NCBI GenBank assembly: GCA_963695095.1
Contig: CAVOFT010000001.1
Coordinates: 1,120,001-1,184,000 of the forward strand
Origin: an uncultured bacterium
GTDB taxonomy: Bacteria > Krumholzibacteriota > Krumholzibacteriia > JACNKJ01
Direction of reading: 5' to 3'
Length of the DNA: 64,000 nt
The notes below the pieces were generated by a model. It searched no databases and was not told the origin of the DNA. It was given only the letters and a program-made list of their open reading frames with translations. A program made the position numbers and the translations under genes. Position 1 is the stretch's first letter, and every line of letters starts with the position of its first letter. Shown piece after piece: positions 54,486 to 62,797 of this stretch.

Positions 54486-56128
54486 CGCTCCGCCTCGACC
54501 TCCTCCTTGAGCCGGTGGATATGCCCGCGGCCCATGCCGCGCACCGTGCAGCCCAGGCGCAGGTAGGCGCGGATCTTGTCGTCCTCGAGCAGGTTGAAGG
54601 CGTCCACGATCAGGCAGGGCCCGCCCACCGCGCGCACCACGCGCTCGGGCTCCAGCGCCAGGTACTCGCTGTGGCGCACGGCGAGGATCACGCCGCCGGC
54701 GCCGCGCAGGGCGACGTTCAGGTCCCGCTGCACGCGCAGCTCGGTGAGGCGCTCCTGGTTGCGGAAGAAGCGGCCCCAGCTGTAGCCCGGGCTGGGGTAG
54801 CTGTCCTGCTGCTCGAACTCCCACCAGTGCTCGACATAGGGATCGTGGACGCTCATCAGCGCGCCCATCTCGGTGAGCTTGCGCACCACCAGCTCGCTGC
54901 CGCTGTAGCGGGTGTCGCCCACGTCCTCGCGGTAGGAGGCGCCGAGCAGGAGCAGGCGCGAGCCGCCCACGCCGTGGCCCATCTCCTCGAGGCCGTCGCG
55001 CACCAGCTCCGCCACGTGCAGGGCGCGCGTGTCGTTGATGTCGATGGCCAGCGGCGTGATCTTGAAGGGATTGTCCTCGAAGCCGAGGATATGCTTGTAG
55101 GCCCAGAGCCCGAGGCCGCCGTCCTTGGGCAGGCAGTAGCCGCCGATGCCCGGCCCCGGGAACATCATGTTGTTGTGAGTGGGCCGCACGCGGATGGCCT
55201 TGATCACCTTGGCCAGGTCCACGCCGTTGCGCTCGGCGAAGAGGCTCCACTCGTCCATGAAGGCGAGCAGGGTGGCCCGGAAGCTGTTCTCGACGATCTT
55301 GCAGGTCTCGCTCTCGATCGGCCGGTCGAGCACGGTGAGCGGGAACTCCTCCGTGTTGAGCACCTCGCGCAGGAAGGTCTCCACGCGGCGGCGGCTCTCG
55401 GCGTTGACGCCGCTGCAGACGCGCCAGAAATCGCGGATGGACTTGACGTACTCGCGCCCCGGCATCACGCGCTCGTAGGAGTGGGCGAGCAGGGGCTCGC
55501 TGTCGATGCCCCGCGCCTGGAATTTCTCGCGCAGGACGGGCAGGGCGACGTGCTCGGTGGTGCCCGGCGCCACGGTCGTCTCGATGAGCACCAGGCAGCC
55601 CGCCGGGATGCGCTCCGCGATGGTGACGAAGCTCTTCTCGAGGGCCTCCATCTCCGTGCGCCCGGTGTGCAGCTTGCCGAGGTCCTGCTTGAGGTAGTCG
55701 CACTGGACGTCCACCACGACCACGTCGGCCAGCTTGAGCACGTCGGGGTTGAAGGTGGCCATCAGCGTGTTCTTCTCCACCACGCAGCGGTGGATCATCG
55801 GGTCCACCTCGGGATCCTCGGCCTTCACCGGCGAGATGCCGCGGTTGAGAAGGGGGATCTTCCAGAAGCTGCGCTCGCTGGGCCGCTGCATGCCGATGAC
55901 GAACTTCGCGGGCTTGCCTGTGGCCTTGTCCACGGTGTCGGCCACCACGGCCGCCATCACCGCGCCCACGAAGCCGACGCCCATCACCACCACGATCTCC
56001 ATGCCCGCCGCGCGCTTGGTGGCCACGATGGCGGCCAGGCGCTCGTACTCCTGGGCGTACTCCGCCGGCCCGGGCAGGGGGAAGGCCTCGCCGCTCGGGC
56101 TCAGCGAGACGCGCTGCTGCTCGCTCAT
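54482..56128 (-). CDS. UDP-glucose/GDP-mannose dehydrogenase family nucleotide-sugar dehydrogenase
   Basis: GVGFVG, IETTVAPGTT, ERVMPG, KIVEN.FR, GPGIGGYCLPKD, SYREDVGD.R, HDPY. Confidence 0.92.
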   Translation of the reverse strand: MSEQQRVSLSPSGEAFPLPGPAEYAQEYERLAAIVATKRAAGMEIVVVMGVGFVGAVMAAVVADTVDKATGKPAKFVIGMQRPSERSFWKIPLLNRGISPVKAEDPEVDPMIHRCVVEKNTLMATFNPDVLKLADVVVVDVQCDYLKQDLGKLHTGRTEMEALEKSFVTIAERIPAGCLVLIETTVAPGTTEHVALPVLREKFQARGIDSEPLLAHSYERVMPGREYVKSIRDFWRVCSGVNAESRRRVETFLREVLNTEEFPLTVLDRPIESETCKIVENSFRATLLAFMDEWSLFAERNGVDLAKVIKAIRVRPTHNNMMFPGPGIGGYCLPKDGGLGLWAYKHILGFEDNPFKITPLAIDINDTRALHVAELVRDGLEEMGHGVGGSRLLLLGASYREDVGDTRYSGSELVVRKLTEMGALMSVHDPYVEHWWEFEQQDSYPSPGYSWGRFFRNQERLTELRVQRDLNVALRGAGGVILAVRHSEYLALEPERVVRAVGGPCLIVDAFNLLEDDKIRAYLRLGCTVRGMGRGHIHRLKEEVEAER

Positions 56129-56227
56129 GCTCTCTCCTTGGAAGGGGACTCAGGGGCCAGCGCCCCGCCGTGCTGCCGACCGCCAGGCTGACCGCCCGAC
56201 GATGAGGCGGTGGGGTCGCCTGGGCCG

Positions 56228-56392
56228 CTACTCCTCGATGGCGACGATGTGCATCGGGTTGATCTGCACGCGATCGCCTAATTCTTGCACCATCACGAAC
56301 CAGCCGTCGGGGTGGATCTCCACGACCTTGCCCTTGAAGAGCCGATCGGCGCTGGTGATGACCTTGATGACCATGCCTTGCTTGAGGTCCAT
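56228..56392 (-). CDS. 54-aa small protein, Sm/LSm-like pattern (absent from the supplied ORF track)
   Basis: Hand translation: MDLKQGMVIKVITSADRLFKGKVVEIHPDGWFVMVQELGDRVQINPMHIVAIEE; GAGGAG RBS; host-like codon usage. Confidence 0.7.
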   Translation of the reverse strand: MDLKQGMVIKVITSADRLFKGKVVEIHPDGWFVMVQELGDRVQINPMHIVAIEE

Positions 56393-56620
56393 CGGTCTCT
56401 CCTCGGCTGGGGGCGGTGGAGTCTGGCGCGCCGGGCGGGGCGCTTGCCCCGCCGAGGCCGGCGGCCCGTCCTCCGGGGGGCGGGTCGCGCCCTGCGCATC
56501 CTAGGACTTTGTCGGGCTAGAAGCAAGAGGCGGAGGGCTTTACAGAGACCCGCGGGCTGCGCTATGTTCTCTCTGCACCCGGAGATCCCGGCGCATCCGC
56601 AGAGAAAAGGAGCACGAGCC

Positions 56621-56893
56621 ATGGCCGCCAATCGCTTCGTCGAGGTCCTGAAGTCCTGGGCAGGATCTCCCGTCACGATCATCAACCCGCAGAGCTACAC
56701 GGTCTCGAAGATCACCGATGGCATTTCCTTCGAGTCCTACTCCGCCCAGCTCACCACCGCGGCCGAGGACTACATCCAGGTGACCTTCGCGCACAAGAAG
56801 CAGGGCGCCGACCAGCCGGTCGAGCAGTTCATCCCGGTGGCCTGGATCAAGCGCATCAGCGTCTGGCAGAACCAGCGCTACATCCAGCTCTAG
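56621..56893 (+). CDS. 90-aa hypothetical protein, possible Sm-like beta-barrel
   Basis: AAAAGGAG RBS, strong codon bias; candidate TTTACA-18 nt-TATGTT promoter at 56539-56568. Confidence 0.75.
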   Translation: MAANRFVEVLKSWAGSPVTIINPQSYTVSKITDGISFESYSAQLTTAAEDYIQVTFAHKKQGADQPVEQFIPVAWIKRISVWQNQRYIQL

Positions 56894-56928
56894 GCCCCGC
56901 CGGCGCCACAGGCCGCTGCCAGCGCAAC

Positions 56929-56962
56929 GAAGCCGGGCGCCCTGTAGGGGCGGCCCGGCTTC
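56929..56962. terminator. Hairpin between convergent genes
   Basis: GAAGCCGGGC...GCCCGGCTTC inverted repeat. Confidence 0.5.
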
Positions 56963-56987
56963 TGCATGCCCGTTGCTGCCGGACGGC

Positions 56988-57752
56988 CTAGAAGACGCCG
57001 GCCAGCCAGGCCTGCAGCGAGACGAAGCGGCCCAGCAGCAGGCTGATGCGCGCCATCACCGTGTAGCCGAAGGCGGCGCCGAAGGAGACCATCAGGAAGT
57101 AGATGCCCACCCGGCTGATGCCGCCGAAGACGCCCTTGTGCTCGCGCGAGAAGTAGAAGTAGACCAGCCCCGCGAAGACGCCCACCAGCACGATCAGGTT
57201 GTTGATGCCCTCGGCCACGGTCGCCGTGCCCAGCACCGGCTTGATCGTGCTGTTGATCTGCTCCATGGCGTTGGACTGCAGGAACACGTAGAGGCGCAGC
57301 CCCGCCGCCATGCCCATCACGAAGGCCAGGGGCCAGCGGCTGAAGTAGGCGATCTTCGGGATCAGGCGCGTGAAGAAGAGCAGGCCCAGGATGAGCGGGA
57401 TGTAGTAGGAGATGCTGATGTGATTCACGAGCTGGGCCGAGGCGATCTGCGCCGGGCTCAGCGTGCCGTCGACGAGGGCATTGCCGGCGTAGCGCACGCC
57501 GTCGACGATGACCTGGTCCACCCAGATGTAGCTGAACTCGCCCCAGCCGCGCAGGATGCTCTCCGGCCACCAGAGGTTGCCGAAGAGGTTCGGGTGCACC
57601 TGGCTCCAGAAAGCCATGCACATCCAGTAGGCCGCCGAGACCCCCGTGAACAGGTGCTCGGCGAACTTGTAGAAGGGGTTGTCCTTGTACAGAAAGCTGA
57701 AGATGGCCAGGGTCAGCAGCGCCGCCAACCAGACCCCGAATGTCTCCGCCAT
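56988..57752 (-). CDS. Uncharacterised multi-pass membrane protein (GlmL-like operon)
   Basis: About 6 TM helices; SFLYKDNPFYKFAEHLF.GVSA, FGAAFGYTVMARISLL.GR. Confidence 0.8.
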   Translation of the reverse strand: MAETFGVWLAALLTLAIFSFLYKDNPFYKFAEHLFTGVSAAYWMCMAFWSQVHPNLFGNLWWPESILRGWGEFSYIWVDQVIVDGVRYAGNALVDGTLSPAQIASAQLVNHISISYYIPLILGLLFFTRLIPKIAYFSRWPLAFVMGMAAGLRLYVFLQSNAMEQINSTIKPVLGTATVAEGINNLIVLVGVFAGLVYFYFSREHKGVFGGISRVGIYFLMVSFGAAFGYTVMARISLLLGRFVSLQAWLAGVF

Positions 57753-57764
57753 CGGCTCTTCCCC

Positions 57765-58616
57765 CTAGTACTTGCGCTGGCGACGCCGCTCCACGAGGAA
57801 CGCGACGTTGCCGATCACGATGAAGAGGACGATCACCAGGTGCGCGATGCTCTGGGCCGACATGCCGACATTCGCCCGGCCGAGCGCGGGGACGATGCTC
57901 TTGTCCATGAGCAGGCGTTCGAATTCGGCCGCGCCCGACAGGCCGCCCAGGATGCCCCGGCACTGGCCCGAATGCACGTAGGGCACCACCTCCGTCACCT
58001 GCACGGCGGTGCAGCCCGTGCTCATGGGCTTGTTGTAGGGGTCGGCCGCGTACTGCACCCACTCCACCGTGCCCGGATAGCCCGCCGAGAAGCTGAAGAT
58101 GAAGTCGATGTTGGCCAGGTTCTCGATGCCCTGCATGATCGGGTAGCTGGCCGTGGACTGGCCGCGCGTGTCCACCGGGAAGGTGCGCGTGAAGCTCTCG
58201 GCGATGGACTTGATCACCACCTCGTTGCCGGCCTTGTAGCCGAGGTTGATGAAGTCCTGGCCGTACTCCAGCTGGTGACGGCCGACGGCCACCCGGTCCA
58301 GGATGTCCCGGCTCATGAAGACGCCGTCCGGCCACAAGCACATCACGATGATCTTGTGGTGGCGCTGGATGAGCAGCTCCAGCACGGCGTCCGCCATCGG
58401 GTGCACTTCGGGCAGCGTGCTCGGCCCGTACTCGAAGGAGCAGAGCACGGTGCTGCCCTCGGGGAGGGCATCGAGGGCGCTGTAGACGGCCTGGACGTGG
58501 GGGGAGATCTTGACCGGCATGCTGAAGGGCCACACCAGCGGCAGGGCCACGCTGAGGGCGATCATCAGGTAGATCCAGCGCCGGTCCAGGCGACTCACCT
58601 TGGCGAGAAAGGACAT
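57765..58616 (-). CDS. Uncharacterised protein with N- and C-terminal TM helices around an alpha/beta domain
   Basis: RRWIYL, EYGP...PE..PM, YG.DFINLGY, GIL.GL.GAAEFE, AQS.AHL. Confidence 0.8.
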   Translation of the reverse strand: MSFLAKVSRLDRRWIYLMIALSVALPLVWPFSMPVKISPHVQAVYSALDALPEGSTVLCSFEYGPSTLPEVHPMADAVLELLIQRHHKIIVMCLWPDGVFMSRDILDRVAVGRHQLEYGQDFINLGYKAGNEVVIKSIAESFTRTFPVDTRGQSTASYPIMQGIENLANIDFIFSFSAGYPGTVEWVQYAADPYNKPMSTGCTAVQVTEVVPYVHSGQCRGILGGLSGAAEFERLLMDKSIVPALGRANVGMSAQSIAHLVIVLFIVIGNVAFLVERRRQRKY

Positions 58617-58626
58617 CCGCGCGCTC

Positions 58627-59331
58627 CTACTCTTCCCCGAGGAAGGACTTCTCGATGCCGAGGATCAGGCGCAGGCTGGTGGAGACGACGCCCAGCGCAA
58701 TGCCGATCATGATCGCCCGCTGCCCGGCCGTGTTCGGATAGGTGTAGATCCAGTCGGCCACCTGCTCCAGGCGCAGGCCGCTGAAGAAGCCCGTCTCCGG
58801 CAGCCAGGCCGTGAAGGTCTGCCCCAAGGGCACCCGGCCCAGCATCACCACGATGCCGGCCGCGAGCAGGATCGTCGCCTCCAGGTTGCGGGCGCGGAAG
58901 GCGCGGTAGCTGGCGCTGGCCACGTAGAAGGCGAGCAGGGCGTACATCGTCGCCGACAGCGGCGTGAAGATGTACCAGTAGATCCAGAAGAAGTGGCTCT
59001 CCGGGTGGTTGACGTGCGTGCCCGCCAGATAGCGCGCCTGCGGCCCGAAGTAGCTGTGCCAGTTCAAGCCCACCCAGGCCATGAGCAGGAAGCCGACGAT
59101 GGTGACGATGCTGAAGGGCCAGCCCCGCTTGCGCTGGATGATCTTGAGCCCCTGCAGCTTGATCAGGTTGGCGGCGCCCAGGATGATGGCGAAGGACGCC
59201 AGGATGTCGAAGAACTGGCTGAAGTCCTGGCCGAGGTGGCCGATCGGGTCATGGGGGACGAACCAGCTCACCAGGGTGAGCAGCCCCACGAAGATGAGAA
59301 TGCCCAGCGGGATCCAGCGCTTGAAGAGCAT
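58627..59331 (-). CDS. Uncharacterised multi-pass membrane protein (GlmL-like operon)
   Basis: About 6 TM helices; PL.ATM.ALLAFY.ASA.YRAFRAR..EA, GQRAI.IG.ALG, LR.ILGIE. Confidence 0.8.
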   Translation of the reverse strand: MLFKRWIPLGILIFVGLLTLVSWFVPHDPIGHLGQDFSQFFDILASFAIILGAANLIKLQGLKIIQRKRGWPFSIVTIVGFLLMAWVGLNWHSYFGPQARYLAGTHVNHPESHFFWIYWYIFTPLSATMYALLAFYVASASYRAFRARNLEATILLAAGIVVMLGRVPLGQTFTAWLPETGFFSGLRLEQVADWIYTYPNTAGQRAIMIGIALGVVSTSLRLILGIEKSFLGEE

Positions 59332-59337
59332 GGCCGC

Positions 59338-60672
59338 TTACTCCCCTCCGCCGCCACCGGCACCCGAGAAGAGCCGGGTGATGTCCAGCCAGTCGGGCAG
59401 GTCCAGGCCCAAGGCCTCCACGCTGACGTAGACCACGCCGAGCACGAGGGCCACCATGAAGATCAGCTTGCCCACGTCCTGCCCGCGGATCGAGCCGATC
59501 AGCTTGCGCTCCTTGGACAGGTAGGCGCTGGCGGCGAAGAACTCCTCGCCGATCAGCGTGTAGTCGCAGGCGGTGACGAAGAAGGGCAACTGCGCCGGGC
59601 TCGCCGTGCCGGCGATCTGGATGGCGCCGATCGAGTTGCCCGTCTCGGCGAGAATCAGGCTCTCCGCGTAGAACTTGCCCTGGTAGAAGCAGGCCGCCGG
59701 CCGCTGGCGCAGCATGATCCCGTCCACCGCCGCCGCGTAGGCGAACTGATCGTCGGTGAGGTAGTGGATCATGTCGTCATTGTAGAGGTCAGGCCGGCCC
59801 GCGCTGAGGTAGGCCTCTCGCACCACCTCGCGGGCGTGGGCCATCACCAGCGAGCGGCTGACCGGCACCTCCAGCGGCGTCTCGTACTGCGCGGTCATCT
59901 TCGCCACGTAGCCGAGCACGTTCACGCCCGCCAGGGTCTCGATCTGGTCCATGTCCTGGATGCCGGGGATGAAGAGCACCGGCTGGCCCATCTCGGTGGC
60001 GCGGCCGACGGCCTCGTCGAAGGCGGCCAGGCCGGCCACCGGGCGCAGGTAGATGTCGGCGCTCTGCGCGCGCAGAATCCAGTAGATGATGGCCGCGCTG
60101 AGGACGAGCACGGCCAGCAGCATGCCCCAGCGGCCGCGGTTGAACCACTGGGCCACGCTCGCCGCAGGGGTGGCGAGCAGGATGGCGGCCTCGCCGCCCG
60201 GGCCCCAGGCCTCGACGCGGTAAAAGTAGGCCCGCCCCGTCTCGATCTCGCCGCCGACGTCCGTGAAGCTGGCCCGCTCCTCGCGGCCGCCCGTGGCGCC
60301 GCGCTGGCCGACCCGCAGCCAGTCGAGGCGCTCGGGCGCGACGCCCGGCCGGGCCTCGGCGCGGAAGACGCGGTAGCCCGCCACCAGGCCGCTGCCGTCG
60401 TCGCTGGCCGAGCGCTGCCAGGTGATCTCGATGGCGCGGCCGTTGTCGTCGGGCACGTCGATGGCGGCGAGCGCCCGGGGCGGTGCCGGCGCGAGGGCGG
60501 CGGCTGGGGCCGCGGCGCTCAGGCTGTCCCCGGCGATGGGGGCCGGCAGCGACTGCGCTAGCGCCGGGGCGAGGGCCGGGCCCGCGAGCAGGCCGAGAAG
60601 GGCGGCGAGTAGGGCCAGCGTCTGGCCGCAATGGCGAAGCGCGCCTGGCTGCTGAGGCGTCCGGCTGGGCAT
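59338..60672 (-). CDS. FN3-domain plus DUF6754-like membrane protein
   Basis: Signal peptide; FN3-like (DVPDDNG.AI.ITW..S, GYRVFR, YFYRV); TM; RPVAGL.A.DEAVGRATEMG.PV, AESLILAE.G, PFF...CDYTLIGEE.FAA.AY. Confidence 0.75.
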   Translation of the reverse strand: MPSRTPQQPGALRHCGQTLALLAALLGLLAGPALAPALAQSLPAPIAGDSLSAAAPAAALAPAPPRALAAIDVPDDNGRAIEITWQRSASDDGSGLVAGYRVFRAEARPGVAPERLDWLRVGQRGATGGREERASFTDVGGEIETGRAYFYRVEAWGPGGEAAILLATPAASVAQWFNRGRWGMLLAVLVLSAAIIYWILRAQSADIYLRPVAGLAAFDEAVGRATEMGQPVLFIPGIQDMDQIETLAGVNVLGYVAKMTAQYETPLEVPVSRSLVMAHAREVVREAYLSAGRPDLYNDDMIHYLTDDQFAYAAAVDGIMLRQRPAACFYQGKFYAESLILAETGNSIGAIQIAGTASPAQLPFFVTACDYTLIGEEFFAASAYLSKERKLIGSIRGQDVGKLIFMVALVLGVVYVSVEALGLDLPDWLDITRLFSGAGGGGGE

Positions 60673-60692
60673 GGCGGGCTCCCGGGTGGAGG

Positions 60693-61094
60693 TCACTTGC
60701 GGCGGCGCCGCCAGAAGCGCCAGTCGGGCCGGCCCTGCGCCGCCTTGCGCGCAGCTTTCTCGACCTTCTCGGCGCGGGCCAGCTCGCTCTCGTAGCCCTC
60801 GATCATCTGCAAGAGCAGCTCCAGGGTGGGCCGCTGCTCGAGCAACTGGGTGTAGCGCTCGTAGTTCGGCGTCTCGAAGAGCACCTGGACGAAGGGTCCG
60901 AAGAAGACCATCGCCTGCGCACCAACATAGTTGAGGGGTTTGGCGGTCTCCAAGAAGAAAATCGCGGGCACGGCCAGGCGCCGGCGCACGATCTTGCGCG
61001 CGAGGTCGGTGAGGAGCGCGAAGTCCTCTGCGGCCATGTCGGCCGGCTGGGCGGGCAGGCGGGCGGCGTTGAAGGCCGTCTCGAAGCCGTTCAC
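60693..61094 (-). CDS. Hypothetical helical protein
   Basis: LARKIV.R.L.VPAIFFLE..KPL...G.Q; start overlaps the upstream stop. Confidence 0.75.
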   Translation of the reverse strand: MNGFETAFNAARLPAQPADMAAEDFALLTDLARKIVRRRLAVPAIFFLETAKPLNYVGAQAMVFFGPFVQVLFETPNYERYTQLLEQRPTLELLLQMIEGYESELARAEKVEKAARKAAQGRPDWRFWRRRRK

Positions 61095-61630
61095 GCGCGC
61101 TCCTCGCCCTTGGCGGCGGCTGCTTCGGCTGCGCTCGCCGCCTTGGCCGCAAGCGCCGCCTCATCTGGCGCCGGGGCGGCGGCCGCCAGGCGCGCCCGGA
61201 CGCAGGCCATCACGGCCTCGCCCTCGGCGCCGGCGGGCAGCAGCAGGAGCTGGCTGCGATAGTTGTCCAGGCGGGAGCCGGGCGGCAGGGTGAGCAGCTT
61301 CAGGCGCTCGCCGGCGCGGGCATAGCCGCGGAACTCGCTCCAGCGGCGCTGGCGCCGGTAGAGCAGGTTCTTCACCTGGACACTCTCGTCGCTCAGGCGA
61401 AAGGAGGTGGGCAGCAGGAACTGCGAGAGGCTGGCGAGGAGCAGGAGGCCGGCCACCGCGGTGAGCAGGACGCTCCCCGACAGGCTCCAGGCGAAGGCGA
61501 GGGTGAGCAGGCAAACGGAGAGCGCGAGCCCGCCGCGCAGGGGATGGGCGGGCAGCAGCCAGACGCGCCAGGCGAGCTCCGTGCCGGGGGCGGCTGCCGC
61601 CCGCTCGCCCTGGCTCTCCGCTGCCGTCAC
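61091..61630 (-). CDS. Hypothetical membrane protein (2 TM plus PH-like beta domain)
   Basis: Two TM helices, then FLLPTSFRL...RW..F, SRLDNYR; GGAGG RBS. Confidence 0.7.
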   Translation of the reverse strand: MTAAESQGERAAAAPGTELAWRVWLLPAHPLRGGLALSVCLLTLAFAWSLSGSVLLTAVAGLLLLASLSQFLLPTSFRLSDESVQVKNLLYRRQRRWSEFRGYARAGERLKLLTLPPGSRLDNYRSQLLLLPAGAEGEAVMACVRARLAAAAPAPDEAALAAKAASAAEAAAAKGEERA

Positions 61631-61639
61631 GCCCGCCTC

Positions 61640-62770
61640 CTAGTCCGTCTCCACCATCTCGAGGTTGGCGCGGGGCAAGAGCACCTCGCGCCCGTCGGCG
61701 AGGCGGGCCTTGGCCACGCGCACGAGCGTGCCGCTCTCCATGCGCTGCAGGTCCGGGGGCAGGCTGGTCACGCTGCCCAGGAGGCCGAAGTAGGGCGCCC
61801 GGATCACGCGCACCAGGCTGCCTTCTTCGATGCCCGTGATGCGGGACTCGTCGAAGACACGGCCGCTGATCTCCTCGGGGGGCAGGGGGATGATCACCTC
61901 GGGCCGAATGACGCCCGCGCGGATCTGGGTGGCCCCGTTCAGGCTGGCCAGGCGGCCGGCGTGGGACTTCAGCAGCTCGAAGGTGCGCTCGGCGATGGCG
62001 ATGCGGCCGAAGCCCTCGGTGAGCACCAGCGCGGTCACGATCTCCTCGCCGCCGGTGATGGCGACGCCGAGATCGTAGCCGAGCAGGGGTTTGAGGTCCT
62101 GGTAGTCGAAGCCGCCGACGATCACCGCCGCCGCACCCAGCTGCATCGCCTGCTTCAGGGTGGCCAGGCTGATGAAGGCGCCGCCGACGAGGATCTTGCC
62201 CTTGCAGCTCGCGTCGAGGCGGTCGCTGGTCAGTTCCTGGTCCGGCCGGTCGACCACGATCTTGATCTCGCCCTGCCGCTCGCCGCCGATGCCGAAGATG
62301 CCCTGGATGAACACGCCCGTCGTCTCGACGATGACGCCCTCCTGGGGCAGCTCCTCGGTCACCTTGCCTTCGATGTAGGCGTCCACTTGCACGGGAATGG
62401 GCGCTTCGCGCAGCACGACCTGGCCGGTGACGCCCGAGATGCTCTCGACGGTGCCGTCGGCGGGGCTGGCCAGGGTGCTCTTGAAGAAGCCGAAGATGCC
62501 CCGGCTGCGCGCCATCGGCTCGCCCTTCTTCACCCGCTCGCCCTCGTGCTTGAGCATGGACTCCCCGACGTCGCCCGGGTCCACGTTGAGCTGACCGGCG
62601 ACGTTGACCATCTGCACGTTTCCGGGCAGCTCCGTGGCGGCGACGATCGTCTGCGGCGAGACGGCATCGCCGGTGGCGACCCGCACCTCGCCCCTGAGGG
62701 GCAGCATGCGGACCTTGGCGACGCGGGCCTCCTTGAGGACCTTCAGTCCGGGCGTGTAGGCGTGGGCCAT
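61640..62770 (-). CDS. Uncharacterised protein with barrel-sandwich hybrid repeats and C-terminal KOW/SH3-like domain
   Basis: GEV.V..GD.V, EGE.VKKGEP.A, SPADG.V, LTEGFG, GATQIRAGVIRPE, G.LVRVIR.PYFG..G.V; AAGGAAGG RBS. Confidence 0.8.
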   Translation of the reverse strand: MAHAYTPGLKVLKEARVAKVRMLPLRGEVRVATGDAVSPQTIVAATELPGNVQMVNVAGQLNVDPGDVGESMLKHEGERVKKGEPMARSRGIFGFFKSTLASPADGTVESISGVTGQVVLREAPIPVQVDAYIEGKVTEELPQEGVIVETTGVFIQGIFGIGGERQGEIKIVVDRPDQELTSDRLDASCKGKILVGGAFISLATLKQAMQLGAAAVIVGGFDYQDLKPLLGYDLGVAITGGEEIVTALVLTEGFGRIAIAERTFELLKSHAGRLASLNGATQIRAGVIRPEVIIPLPPEEISGRVFDESRITGIEEGSLVRVIRAPYFGLLGSVTSLPPDLQRMESGTLVRVAKARLADGREVLLPRANLEMVETD

Positions 62771-62797
62771 CGTGGCCTTCCTTCCTTGGCGGGCGCG

